Below, in pieces: positions 24,721-36,568 of a stretch of DNA of 64,000 nucleotides. A model generated the notes under the pieces. The model worked only from the letters and a program-made list of their open reading frames with translations. It was not told the origin of the DNA and did not search any database. The number at the start of each line of letters is the position of its first letter. The stretch's first letter is position 1. Origin of the DNA: Eutreptiella sp. 'Long Island Sound 2002'. Lineage: Eukaryota > Protista > Euglenida. Position numbers and translations under genes: made by a program. The stretch lies in NCBI GenBank assembly GCA_964036045.1, contig OZ038378.1, positions 168,578,001-168,642,000 on the forward strand, in the 5' to 3' direction.

Positions 24721-25686
24721 ATGGGGTGTGATGCCGTCACACCGGAAGAGTGGTACCAGAAATATGGGCATGACACCTATTTAACTCGCGAAGAGATGTT
24801 CATATTTTTGGTAAAGTTGAAGACCAACCCCACCCATGACACAACCCCAAGAATGGTGGGTAAGCCAAAGGCAAGCCCCCAAGCAATTGATCGCATTGTA
24901 TGTAAGGTCCGGCGGTACCTGAACTTGGCGGTTGATGAGGTGCATTGGTCGGACCGTTTGAATAGGTTCAATCATAACCCTCATTTCCCGTATCTTGTGA
25001 CCCATTTCACTGATGCCATGCCAATCAGTTCTATTGGTGGTGCTCTTTCCAATATACTATTCAACCCCAAGTATGCGGGTTGTGTGTGGAAGATTACTGT
25101 GGCCGTGGACCACTTGGGTAACATTGTGTGGATATGCCCTATCCTACCCGGCACTAGTGCCGATGTTAAGATATGGGACAAGTATGGGCCGCAACGTACC
25201 AAGGGTTGTTTCATGGAGTTTGAGGTTGGTGTGCATGATGGAGCATACAAGGGGCGATTACATTCACATGTCCCTTTCATTGGTCGAAAGACTTTGACCA
25301 TGCGGCAGAAAACATATAATGATGTGCATGGGTATTATAAGGCACGGGTGGAACACTTGTTTGCCCACCTTTGGTCTTGGAGGGTAGTGCGTGACATTTG
25401 GCTGGGGTCCCATCAAGACTTGCATGCCAACACACGCATACTTCTGCACTTTTCACAATTCATGTTGCGAAGACAGAAAAGGTATCAGCCTTATGGCCCA
25501 TGGGAGCACATTCCTTCTTCCATTTGGACTGAGGAAGAGGCCCGTGCGGTTGATGAGGAAGAGGAGGATACTTTCCTTTGCCAAGTTTGTGGCAAAAGGG
25601 ACACATCGGAATGCTCCACGTGTGATCTTTACTTGTGTAGAGGTTGCATGGGTGAACATACTTGCGATATTGATGTTCCCGAGTAG
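24721..25686 (+). CDS. DDE transposase (DDE_Tnp_4-like) with HTH and C-terminal Cys-rich finger
   Basis: HTH-like LTREEMFIFLVKLKTNP...IDRIVCKVRRYL. Catalytic-type motifs HFTDAMP (D at 25012), FNPKY..VWK, GTSAD, VHDGAYKG (D at 25237) and YN..H...ARVEHLF (E at 25351). C-terminal CQVC...CSTCDLYLCRGCMGEHTC. Confidence 0.9.
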   Translation: MGCDAVTPEEWYQKYGHDTYLTREEMFIFLVKLKTNPTHDTTPRMVGKPKASPQAIDRIVCKVRRYLNLAVDEVHWSDRLNRFNHNPHFPYLVTHFTDAMPISSIGGALSNILFNPKYAGCVWKITVAVDHLGNIVWICPILPGTSADVKIWDKYGPQRTKGCFMEFEVGVHDGAYKGRLHSHVPFIGRKTLTMRQKTYNDVHGYYKARVEHLFAHLWSWRVVRDIWLGSHQDLHANTRILLHFSQFMLRRQKRYQPYGPWEHIPSSIWTEEEARAVDEEEEDTFLCQVCGKRDTSECSTCDLYLCRGCMGEHTCDIDVPE

Positions 25687-25965
25687 CCCCTAATATATTT
25701 TTAGGTGTTCTTTAACACCCGCAAGACAATTTTATTGTCTACATTGCATTGTTTTGGACATTGGATAATTCTGAGAACACGACACGTTTGAATTTCGGAG
25801 TTTTGAATTGCTCATGCATGCTTCTAGAGGTGGCAGGTTTTCAGGGCTGTTACTGGGGTAAACACCGTAATAATTGGCGCTGTGCGCACGCTGTGCGAAA
25901 ACGCCCCCATAGTGATCGAATTATTTTGGTGGGCTTGGGGTGCGAGGGGCTCTGAGGGGCCTGAG

Positions 25966-26220
25966 ATGACGAAATGATGATGCTAAAACTCCTTTGTCCC
26001 TCTTATGGTACATGGTAAATTTTGGTGCCGAAGCCACCGAAATTTTTTTCTGGGGAGCCAAAATGGTCCAAAACTCCAAAACATTTTCTTTCAAAAAAAA
26101 GGTCAAATTGATCAGCATAATGTGCCGAACGCAAAGAGGTATGTGTGGGGGCCAAAAAAAAACTTTGTTCTTCAAGGGCCAAAATTGGCCAGCGCAATTT
26201 CATCATCGTCATTTCGTCAT
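25966..26220. mobile_element. MITE-like element, 255 bp
   Basis: Left ATGACGAAATGATGATG is the reverse complement of right CATCGTCATTTCGTCAT at 16/17. AT-rich non-coding interior. No TSD seen. Confidence 0.6.
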
Positions 26221-26703
26221 TGCGGGGGGTGGGGGGGGGGGGCATCCTACTATGTCCCACTACATCCCACTATATCCATCCCTGGGATAAACTTCAACCC
26301 AGCACACATGAAGCACCATGTAATTTGGCAAGTTCCATATTCTGTTGTTGAGCCTTTGCTCGCTTGCGTCGCATGGTGTTGTGGAATGAATTGTCTCATC
26401 GTGATGTGGCATCCTCTTGAGTGATCATTTTGTGTCCGCATATGCATCCCAGACAAGGGAAGCCACATAATGTGGTCCTCCGACACCAATCCACAGATCC
26501 GCGCAACATTGCATCGGAGCATTTTTGTTTTCGATCATATCCGCTTTTTTTATGTTTTGCCGTAGGTCATTTGTCTCCTCTTTCGGATGAAATAGGGTAG
26601 GATGGCAAAGAAATTGATTCTCTAAACAGCAGCCCTAATGGGCATTTGATCGCACTTTGGGGACCCGTTTGCTGTCCAGTCTTCGCTGCGCAAACACCGT
26701 GCC

Positions 26704-27756
26704 ATGGATAATGCCGAAGACACCGGAAGCCCCACGATAATTGATGCTGAAGGCAGCCAAAGTCCTACAGTGATCAATCCCAACAGTGAAGGAGGCCCCA
26801 CGATTATTGAACCCGGTGGAGCGTCGGCAATTGGCAACCTTTCCATCGCTGACCCGCTCTCGCGTTTGGAGCAAGCTTGTAGAGGGTTGCCCTCGATGGA
26901 CCCCTCGGCTGCGGACTTGGGTACTACGTTGGCCTCCATTTGCCGAATGGTGCTGGAGATCCGCGATAGCCAAAAGGCGATGAGTGAGAAAGTGGACCTT
27001 GTGCTTGCGGGCTTGAAGCCGCCCCATTCCAAACCCAACATACATACCACCAAACCCATGCCCTTTTCGCCAACCTCCCGGGAGACCGGTGAATTGAACA
27101 CGAGTTTGGGAACGTTTTCCTCTCCTGACAGCCCTCATAGCCCCCCCATCGGCAGCCCTGACTCGGTCGAGGGCTGCAGCCCTACCTCGCTCGAGGGCTC
27201 GCATCCGCCACTCACCCAAACTGCCTTGGGCTCTACGTGGTTGGACTGCAAGAAGCCTCCCGCTCAAGCCGTACCCGAGCCCCCCGATGTGCCCACAAGC
27301 TCCACGGACAGCCAAAGTCCACAGGCCACAGCCTTGAAGGCCAGGCGGCCCCCGGAACCGATCACTGTGTCGCTGATCGTTGACCCACCAAAGCTCATCA
27401 GCCCTTCGGCTCTGGGCAACGGGGACGTGCGCAACATGAGCAACTCGCTCTTTGAGATGCCGCAAGTGCCACAGGTTTTGGCTGCTGCGGCAAGCGAGCA
27501 ATCGCGTCGTCGGAATAGCTCTGTGTGGATCGACCCGGACACTGAGCGAAGTTCGCCTCGACACAAGGGCTCCCCCGGACGCAGCACGAGCCAGGTTTCG
27601 TCTGGGAAGACCGAGGAAGACGTGGACGAGGAGGAGGGGGACGGTTTGGAGTGCGATCCCCTTGTTTTGGAGTCGTTTGCGGCCCTGAACCAGGAGGAGA
27701 GTGCACAGGCGCGATGCTACACGGGCGTGATCCTGCCGGACCACAATTTCAAGCAG
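26704..27756 (+). CDS. Cyclic-nucleotide-binding-domain K+ channel, exon 1 (Ser/Pro-rich N-terminus)
   Basis: Long open frame from gccATGG, ending VILPDHNFKQ at CAG|gtgcgt. In frame with MWNMVWLTL (the I.P.S.F...WD-like pre-S1 motif). Confidence 0.85.
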
Positions 27757-28103
27757 GTGCGTGCCTGAAGTGGACACACATCCGCGTGCCATTTCAACAG
27801 TGAGGAATGCGTTTCAGGGCGGGGCCGGAGGGGGGGGGGGCGGGCTGATAGGGCTTAGCAGGCCCAGGTGGTGAGTGCCAGATTTCGCTCGAGCGAGCCG
27901 GCGGTGTGATTGCCGCGACCGCCACTGGGGGCCTGCAGCACGGGTGCCACACCACGGTCGGGTGGCTGAGCGAAGGTTAATGCCATATAGATCCTGAATG
28001 TCTTGACCACCACAACCCGCCGCCATGGAGAAACAGAAATGGTGGGATCAAGACAGCCGCTTGGCGGACCTTCAGGAGAAGATCGACGCTGCATCATGCG
28101 GTG

Positions 28104-28172
28104 AAGAATAAACGGGTGACTGTCCAGGGCCCCGTAACGAAACCACAGATGGGCTATATGTCACACAGGGGG
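28104..28172 (+). repeat. 3' fragment of the interspersed repeat at 59963-60314
   Basis: aacgggtgactgtccagggccccgtaa...tgtcacacagggg matches 60245-60305. Confidence 0.8.
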
Positions 28173-29708
28173 TTGGCATGACAGCTGGTCGTGTTGGCTG
28201 CAGCTGGCGGCCCCTCTCGCCACTTACCGCTGCCCTTCCCTTGAACCCTTTCCCTCCATTTACGGCGGTGCGCGTCGGCCTCTCACCCCCTCGTGCCCTC
28301 CCTCTCCCTGCCTGGCCTATCCTTACCTCCCTACACACCCTTCCTTCCCCTTGGGAGGTTGTGCCAACGCAGGCGGGGGGTAGGGGTGGGGGTTGGGACG
28401 GAACCCAGCGGCAGACGGCCCAGAGTCGGTTCATAAGGGGCGAGCTGCAGCTGCAAGGGCATGGGCAACTTGTGGCAACAGTGGCGTCGTGACCTGCGGC
28501 AACTCCCGAGACCCCACGGGACTCAGAATGGTTTGTTTGGCCGCCGTGGAGTATTCAGAAAGCCACAGGACGTCGTATGAGTGGCCGGCATCGCACCAAA
28601 TCCCACGAAGATTGCCCAATCCCGCGAATCCCCCGCTTCTTTCCTTCCCCCGCTGTTGCACCCCCATTTTCTCTTCCGTGACGCCCGGTGTCTCAGCGTT
28701 CCGTTGGTCACTGTCCGCCAGCTGTTCGCATTCTCGCATTCAGTCCAGAGCTCTAAGTTGCCTGCCTATGCCAACTGGATGCCAACTGGACTTTGTTGAT
28801 TGCTGTGTTACGGTCGACACTTGTGCAAAAGCGTAGCTGAAAACTCTGTCGGAGTTTTTACACAGTCAAAAATGCACGGCGCCAGGTGCGTTCTTTCGGA
28901 GAGAGCGCCCGCACGGCGCGGGGGCCAACAGCACCGCCCGTTTGATGCTGCCATCCACAATTGTGACGCTGTGACTCGAAACCGTGGAGTTAAAATATCA
29001 AGTGGAAAGCGGTGGCAACTCCGTCGCCGGCAGCCAAAGTCCCGTGCAGCCATTCTTCCGCAGCCATTTCGTCACCAAACAGAGCGAAGAATCGTGGTTA
29101 GGGCTAGGTCTACAGGACGACACGTGGTTTTGTTGTGGGTGGGACTCAGTGGCTACAGTATGCCCAACATGTTCGACGCTGGGGGCCGAGGCGTTCGTTG
29201 CCTTCTGAGGAGTCGACGTCGTCGAAAACGGACGGCGGCTGGTGTTTCTTCGGAGCACGCTTGAGCCAGCCAAGCCCGACGTGGTGTGCCAGCGCGCCGC
29301 CATTTGCAGAGAGGCTCCCAGTAGTGAATCAGGGGTTGGGGTAACTGCCTGCGCGCTTCTAAGCGGGTTGTTCACACCGGTGAGTTTCTGGACCATCTGA
29401 GGTGAAGTGCCAACCCCAAGGCCTTCGGGTCGGCCGCACCAGCCTGCCCTCCCCCCCCCCCCCCCCAACCGAGGCAACAGCAAGGGCAAGAGCAAGAGCC
29501 CAGTGCGGTGCGACGAGGCAAGGTAAGGGGCGCGCAGACCACATGCGGAATGCGTGACGACGGCCGACGACACGGATCAGGTACAGAGTGCTCAGATCAG
29601 CCTTCTGCACTGCCCCTCATGCCCCATGGCTGCAACAACCAGATAGCCCTGCCCCACTTTATGTGTCCCACCCCAAAGCACCCGCATTTCCCATCCTCTC
29701 TCCTCCAG

Positions 29709-30218
29709 ATGTGGAACATGGTGTGGCTGACTCTGTGTCTTTTGGAGTCAGGGCTCATCATGCTCACCATTGCTGGGGGCGGGACCGCTACTCCTCCGAC
29801 GGGCTACGGTCTTGCCTTTTACCTGGTCACCACCTGCTTCTTTGCCGTGGACATGGCTGTGCAGTCCCACACTGCTTTTCGGACCCCCAGTGGCATTCTC
29901 TGCGATGACAATTTGCCGCTCATTCAGCGGCACTATGTCTGTACACTCCTCCCAGTGGACATCCTCTGCACTTTCCCTTTCGCCTTGTGCTTGTTGCCTG
30001 CCGGCCCTTACGGTTACTACGCTGCATGCAGCGTGCGGCTGCTGCGCCCTCTACGTGCGACCAAGCTCTTTGTCTGGTCCAATTCCCTGGTTTCGATGCC
30101 AAGCCACATGTTCCTGCAGCGGACCCTGTTCTACGTGTTGCTGTCCACGCATACCTTAGTTTGCGCCAGCATGATTGTGTACCGAGTCCTGGAGCCGGAA
30201 AACAGCCTCATCGGGCAG
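29709..30218 (+). CDS. K+ channel exon 2 (S1-S5)
   Basis: ctccag acceptor, hydrophobic helices, VDILCTFP, S4-like VRLLRPLRATKLF, then CAG|gtatgc donor. Confidence 0.9.
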
Positions 30219-33200
30219 GTATGCCTATCGATGACGCAGGGGTGTGCCACTGAGGGGCGGCTGGGCCCTGTCCTTGTATGCGAACCCCCCCCCCCCCCAG
30301 GCCCCTCCCCCCTGAGTTTTGAAAGATAGCGGTGCAGGGGCCATGGCGCCAATGGCGCCAAATTTTTGGCCCATGCTTAGTTGAAGGGGGTACTATGCCT
30401 TTGGTCCTTAAGACCCTTAAGACTTTCTTCCTGGCAAAGACTAGAAATCGCTATTATTGCATACATACCTCTATACCCCCATGCCCCCATGCCCCCAGAC
30501 GCAAACATGGGTTGCGCGCAGCCCCCCCCCCCCCCCCTTGGGACCCCCCCCCCGGCCGAGCTGCCAATACCCCCCCTCCAGTTTTGACAGATAACTGGAG
30601 GGTGGGTCGCATCAGGACCGATTGTAGTTGCCCCCCCGTGGGGTGTGCACAGGGCCTTGCAAACACGGATGGAGAATGAGTAGGGGAATGCGTCTCCATA
30701 TTTGCAAAGTCTACAATGAGGAGTGGAACGCCAGCTGGTGAAATCTGGAGAGCCTGGACATGGATAAGCGTGATACTAGTGCCAGGGATAAGAACCGTGA
30801 TGGGGTCAGACCGCGGCTTAGGCTTCGATGGGGCTGGAACAGGTTTTGGAAATTTAGGGTCTCGGACAACGCGTTGTTCAAACAATAGTTTGTAGGTGCT
30901 GTTTCCGCAACTGGGAGGGCTACGGTATTACTGTTGCCACCTTTGGTTGGAATGAAAATGAGCATGTTTGCTGGGGTTTGGCAGGTTCTGCTTGTTGGGA
31001 TTCGTTGGCTGTCGGAAGGGCTGTGGTGCGCTGCACAAATCCCCAAACGGCACATTTACAGGTACCATGTCCTGTGCATGTGTGCCATAAGGCCGTGCAT
31101 AAACAGCGGTCTTGTCCAACTAACACCGGGGGTTGTTGCGTAAGGTTAGGAGGGGCTACCAACGAATCACTGAACTCGAGGATGTGTCCACCCGTTGGCG
31201 TGGAACCTCGTGACCGCCTGATAGGGTCGGTGATAGACCGGGTATTCTTTTGAGCACGTTTTGACCCATTTCGAGTGTGGGGCAGCAGGGGCCCGGAGCG
31301 ACCGAGGCTAGAAGCCACAGCTTCCAGCCGGGTGGCGTTGGGGAAAGGGGCATTGTGCGGGCCTTTTGCAGAGTTGGAAGGTAAAACAGCTGCGTTGACA
31401 CGAGGACAGCATGCCGCTTCGGTACAGTCACAACTATTTCCTGCGATGTTTTGGGCCACTTTTGGGCCAGTCTAGGCCAAAAATGGCCAAAAAGCTACCA
31501 ATTTGCGGCTGGTGCCCCAAGCCAACACCATTGATACTTCAGCTCAAGCCCACGATGAGGCAAGGGCACCCATTCGAGTCAAAGGCCCTCGACTTGCGGC
31601 TGGTGCTGGACCCCTCTATTATGGTAATTAACAAAATGGATTGGTGAGGTATTGTTGCGTTAGGCATTCCAATTGGTCTGGGGACAATTTCCGGAAGAGC
31701 ATGTTTGACCCCCAGTCTTGATGCAAAGTTGGAGAACTTAGGTCTCAAGCGGGATGAGATAATGCGGGGGGTTAGCCCCATTTGAATCCGAAAAATCCAG
31801 AAGCCCTGAACTGCGCAGGTTTAGGAGGGCGCCGACCAACTTGGCGCCCCTGAGGCGCTGACGTTGTGGCTCGGACTCTAGATGTGGGAAGGCCACATAT
31901 CAAAGCAGAAAACAGGCGTAGTTGAGCGCAGTCCAAAGTGATGGAAAGGAGATATGGCCATAACAGCTCCCTGACATACTTGCTTGTTGTTGCTTGTTAG
32001 CTAGATGTTAGGGGAAAGGGGTGCAGTAATATACATTCATGCCCTCCTTCCCATCAATGCTGTGCAGACAGGCAACCAGCAATGTTTGAGCCCACTTTCA
32101 CCAGTTTGGGGGCACCACCAGTCCCAAACAACCTTGAGAATGGGCTGTTTTTTTTTTTTTGAAACAAAAATAGGCCAAAATTATGTCAAAACAATTTTGT
32201 CCCAAACATGAGTTCAAACCGTGTGGGATGCCAGATTAGGTGTTGTCAGCCCCCTTTTTGAGTTCATTTTAGCCTCAGTTGCACCCTGCCAAATCCGAGC
32301 ATGCCTTGAAAGTGGGCATTTTGGGACAAAAAAGGGTCAAAAAAAGGGTCAAAAGTGTCGTTTTTTCCTTTCCAACAGTAATCCTGCACAACCCCCCCCC
32401 CCCCCCCAAAAAAACCAAGATCAGGCCGTATCACGTCTTGCGCTTTTGGGCCTTCAGAATTGTCAGAATAAATGAATGGACCTCCGTACCAACCCCGGTG
32501 AGCAGGGCGCACCCAGCCCAGGCCAAAAGGTGCGACATGGCCCCAAGTATGTCTCAGCCCGATCTGTGACCTGTTTCTGTAAGATTGTAGGATCAAAAGG
32601 TTTGAAAATTGCGGCAACAAGGCACATGTGGGGTGTTGAGGGCCATTCAAGTTGAAACTGAATAAAATCGGTGTCCTGCAGTGCTGTTCTTGTGTCATAC
32701 CTTTTGTGTCATTTTGTGTCACACCTGGCTGTTTGAAAAAGCATGGGAAAATCTGGGTAACACCCCGAGTTTCTAGGGCACTAAGGTTCTCACCGCTGTT
32801 TGGGGCCTTTTGGGTGCTTTTCTTGGGCATATTGTGGAGTCAGTGGCCGAAGAAAGCTTCTTTGACATGAGCAAAGCAAGGTACTTATGGTTACTGACAT
32901 TTGTTTTCAATTGTTGAGCTTCGCATTTGGGCAGGGCCGTTTTTGGAAATTAGTCTTTTGTTTGGCCCAGAACGGCACACATCTGGGAGGGCACCTTGCG
33001 ATGTGGCACCCATGGCCTAGCCTCAAGCTGTGGCTTTGGGAAGGGCACGTGTCAAGGTAAACAATGGCTAGAGTGGAGTAGAGTGTTGGGAAGAGGTTTA
33101 ACAGAACAGCTTGGAGACATGCTGCTTGCTTGTTGCTTGCCAACTACATGTAAGGGGAGAGGGGTGCATTATATTACTGCACCCTCCTCCCCAGAAATGG

Positions 33201-33899
33201 TACATTTTGGCCAGAAGCATCCCCAGATCAAGATTTGTCTGTGTGTCAGGCTACACGGCTTCACATCCAATTCTGAGGGCATGTGATCCATGCGCATGTC
33301 CCCTCTTTTTTGTGCTTTCCACCCCTTGAATGGCTCACACCCCCTTGCTGCTGCATGCTCATCCCTGCTATCAGCCATTTGCTTCATTTTTGGAGCACTG
33401 TGTGGGAAGGTGAATCAACCTTCCTTAACACAACATACAAGCTGGCTTGCTATACATTAGGGGCGAGGGATGAAGTAAGAATGGGCTGCAGACAAACACA
33501 GCCTCATCCGTAGGCCGAGTTGTCCATTTAGGCAAATCTCAGGTGTGGAAGGCAAGTGAAGCCCATTGCTGCACCAGCTGGAGTGGAGTGCCGTGGCAAA
33601 ATGCAAGCTTGCCGGCGTAAACACGGCTTCGTCTAAGCCCTGGGCCCCCATACCACCATTTTGTTTCCGGAATCGGGCGTTGCTTGTGCAAGGCGGAGTG
33701 GGGTGGGGCGTCAGTTTTCCACTGCTCTTTTCACTATGTTCTGCTTCGGTTGCGACAATGGTGGGCTCAAATTATGCGTATCGAGGTTTCGTTATATTTA
33801 AGGCTTCGGCGAATGCAGTATGAAAAGTGCCGCGGGTCAGGTGATATCGGGGGTGGAAGGCCACCCCTGTCCACTTCACCCCTTGCTCTCATCGCCCAG

Positions 33900-34259
33900 G
33901 CGGACAGTGTGGCCCGATCCTACGAGATTGCGCTGTATTGGATGATGACGTGCCTTTCCACTGTCGGCTTTGGAGACATCCATCCCCAGCGGACTGAGAC
34001 GCGGCTGTTCTCACTTGTGGTGATGCTGTTTTCCATTGTCATGAATCTGTACATCCTCACGGCAGGACTTGCGCCGGCCCTTCAGGAGAGTTTCATGAAC
34101 CAGAGCATGAACCAGAAAAAGGGCAAATTGGCGGCCGTTTTAGATTTCTACAAAGTGCCATGGACACTGCGGAAGCAGGTCTACACTGTGTACCCTTTTG
34201 TGCTGGAGTCCGCAATGTACGACATGCAGGAGATTGCGGAACTGCCCAAATATTTGCAG
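33900..34259 (+). CDS. K+ channel exon 3 (pore, S6, C-linker)
   Basis: YEIALYWMMTCLSTVGFGDIHP selectivity filter, with cccag acceptor and CAG|gtctgc donor. Confidence 0.93.
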
Positions 34260-34803
34260 GTCTGCCCTGCACCAGTGCACCACCCCTCATACTGCGTATC
34301 CGCTGGTACTGCGTGTCCCTCAGGCTGTCCCACGCCTGCTGCCGCCCTAAGCCTCTGCTGTTGCTCCTATACACACCAGTGCGACCCTGGTACTGCCTCA
34401 CTAGTAATCCCCCCGCGTCCATTTCGTCCCCGAGAGGTAAGAGTCGTTGCTTGCCCATTTAGCATGATCGCTGCAGTGCAGGTGCGTCCATCTCACATTT
34501 TGTGCGCATTTTGGCGGATGCCCAGAAAATGTGATGCGGGCGCCTGCGGTGGCAGGGGACCGTCGGGCCCATGGGGGTGGGTGGGGGTGGGAGGTGGGGT
34601 CAGGACAATGGGACAGGAGGGTGATAGCTGGATTGTGATTCTGCTGCAGTTCCTCGGATGTGCCCCGTCCGCTGCATGGTGACCTGAGAACCCCACGTTT
34701 TGCCCTAGCTCTACACCCATAATCAGCTCGGTTGGGTTTTTTCTCGGATCTTGTCTACCTGCACACTTGGATCTTTTCCATTCGGATCTTGTCCATGTTT
34801 CAG

Positions 34804-34992
34804 GACCGCATCTACTACCACATCAAACTGCGACTGCTCACCACTGTTCCCCTGCTGAGGTGCGCTAGCCAGGCTTGTGCCAGCACCATCGCCACGCAGA
34901 TGAGCCGTGTCTTGTGCCCTCCGGGTAAATTTCTGGTTCGTGAAGGCGAGATGGGGGATTGCATGTTCTTCTTGGTACGAGGCATGGTCGAG
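34804..34992 (+). CDS. K+ channel exon 4 (start of cNMP-binding domain)
   Basis: VPLLR...PPGKFLVREGEMGDCMFFLVRGMVE, with tttcag acceptor and GAG|gt donor. Confidence 0.92.
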
Positions 34993-36403
34993 GTGCGCTC
35001 TGACCCTACCATCCCTGAATGTCCTTTCATATCTGTTCGTTCCCCCACCCACTACACTTAATCTCCCCTGGTCTATGCTGCGGAAACCAATATTGCTGTC
35101 AATTAGTCCCTTCGTTCGAGGGGCGCCATACAGCACAAACAGGAATTCAGGATGGTGTATCACGGAGGAGAGGGTATTGTTTAGAGACCGTTGAGCAATT
35201 GACCATTCTGTGCACATCTGCGAGCACAGTTCAGGCGCCTTGCTGGAACTCTGTGGTTTGATGATGTTTTGTGGATGGGCCTGTCAGCAAGCAGGGCGTT
35301 TGGTGGTCCATATGTTGAGTAGAAACTGTTTCTGGGCTGCCTGTCCATGGACTTGTCCACCCACCTTGCCCTCATCAAACAGCGCTTTGGGCCTTTAAAC
35401 ACTGTCTCATGCCCCTCATGTGGTCAGACGGTGCAACATTACTGGCCGTTGCGCCAGGGGAGGGTTGCATAGCGGCCAGGTCAGGCAAGGTGTCGTTGCG
35501 CATTACAGAACATTTAACAACGTGTCCGCAGGGCACATCCCTGAGGGCAATTAGGGCCATCCCGGCGGAGAAAAAACCACAACTTAAACTGATTACAACC
35601 ATCGTGGGAGCAGGGGTTGTGGGTTTTTGACTGATGCTCCTCAGTGGTGCCTCCCAGAGGGACACCAGTGCTGAACTTTTTTGGTGTGCGTCGCATACGG
35701 GACGTGGTTACAGTGGGGGGCTGTTTGTGAGTGGGGGCACCAACCTCGGATGACAGACACATCATACTACAGCAGGCACATGTGTCGTAAGTTGCCAAAC
35801 AGTCATGGGTTTGACGTTGCACTGCATTGAATGAATATTGGAGACGCAAGTGCAACAACACATGGCACGTATAGAAGGCAGTAAACCTCCGAGGTCCTCC
35901 AGCAGCATTTCGAATTATAATCTTCCTCTCCAACGTTGTTGCCATATGCAGCAGCATGTCGCAGCATGCCCCATCTCGTTCCGGACGTGGGCAGAATTTT
36001 GAAAAAGGATCCAGACAGAAAAGCCAGGCAATAGAAATTGCACAATGTGGGGAATGCAGAACTCTGGCACCTTCAGCACAGTTCACATTCAAACCAAACA
36101 AGCTGTTCTGTGAACCAAGTTTGCCATGGGATGAGTGGCGAGACTCTCTGCACTGGTTCTATCTAGGCGCTGTTGTGACGCAGGCCTATAAGTGTGAGGC
36201 CATGACGGATGTTATGCAGAAAAATTGTTACCCGCTGGCTGACTCATGCGTCTGCCATTCACTTGCAACCTGTCGCCGCTGCCCATCAAACCTGTCACGT
36301 ATCTTGCCAATTGGAGCCATGAGACGGAGTGAATATGTGTGCCACTCAATGATATGCATACCACTGAAATTGAATATGATTGCATGCTGTGGCATTCATG
36401 CAG

Positions 36404-36568
36404 GTTCTGTGCCGGGAGCTGGATGGCAGCGAACGCATCCACTCCACGCTGAAAGAAGGCTCGTGGTTTGGGGAGGTGTCTCTTATCAAGCACATCGAAC
36501 GCACGGCGTCTGTGCGCAGCATTACCCCGTGCCAGTTATTCAGACTTGACCAAGCAACATTCAACAAG
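36404..36568 (+). CDS. K+ channel exon 5 (phosphate-binding cassette)
   Basis: LKEGSWFGEVSLIKHIERTASVRSITPCQLFRLDQATFNK, with atgcag acceptor and AAG|gt donor. Confidence 0.92.

Larger units (their letters stand above)
24119..25908 (+). mobile_element. Near-full-length PIF/Harbinger/ISL2EU-related DNA transposon, 1790 bp
   Basis: 8-bp TIR GGGGGCGT/ACGCCCCC, flanking ATA at 24116-24118 and 25909-25911, and a DDE transposase ORF inside. Confidence 0.9.

Noticed and set aside
26635-27792. 385-aa minus-strand ORF
   Set aside because: Antisense shadow of channel exon 1, with no motifs.
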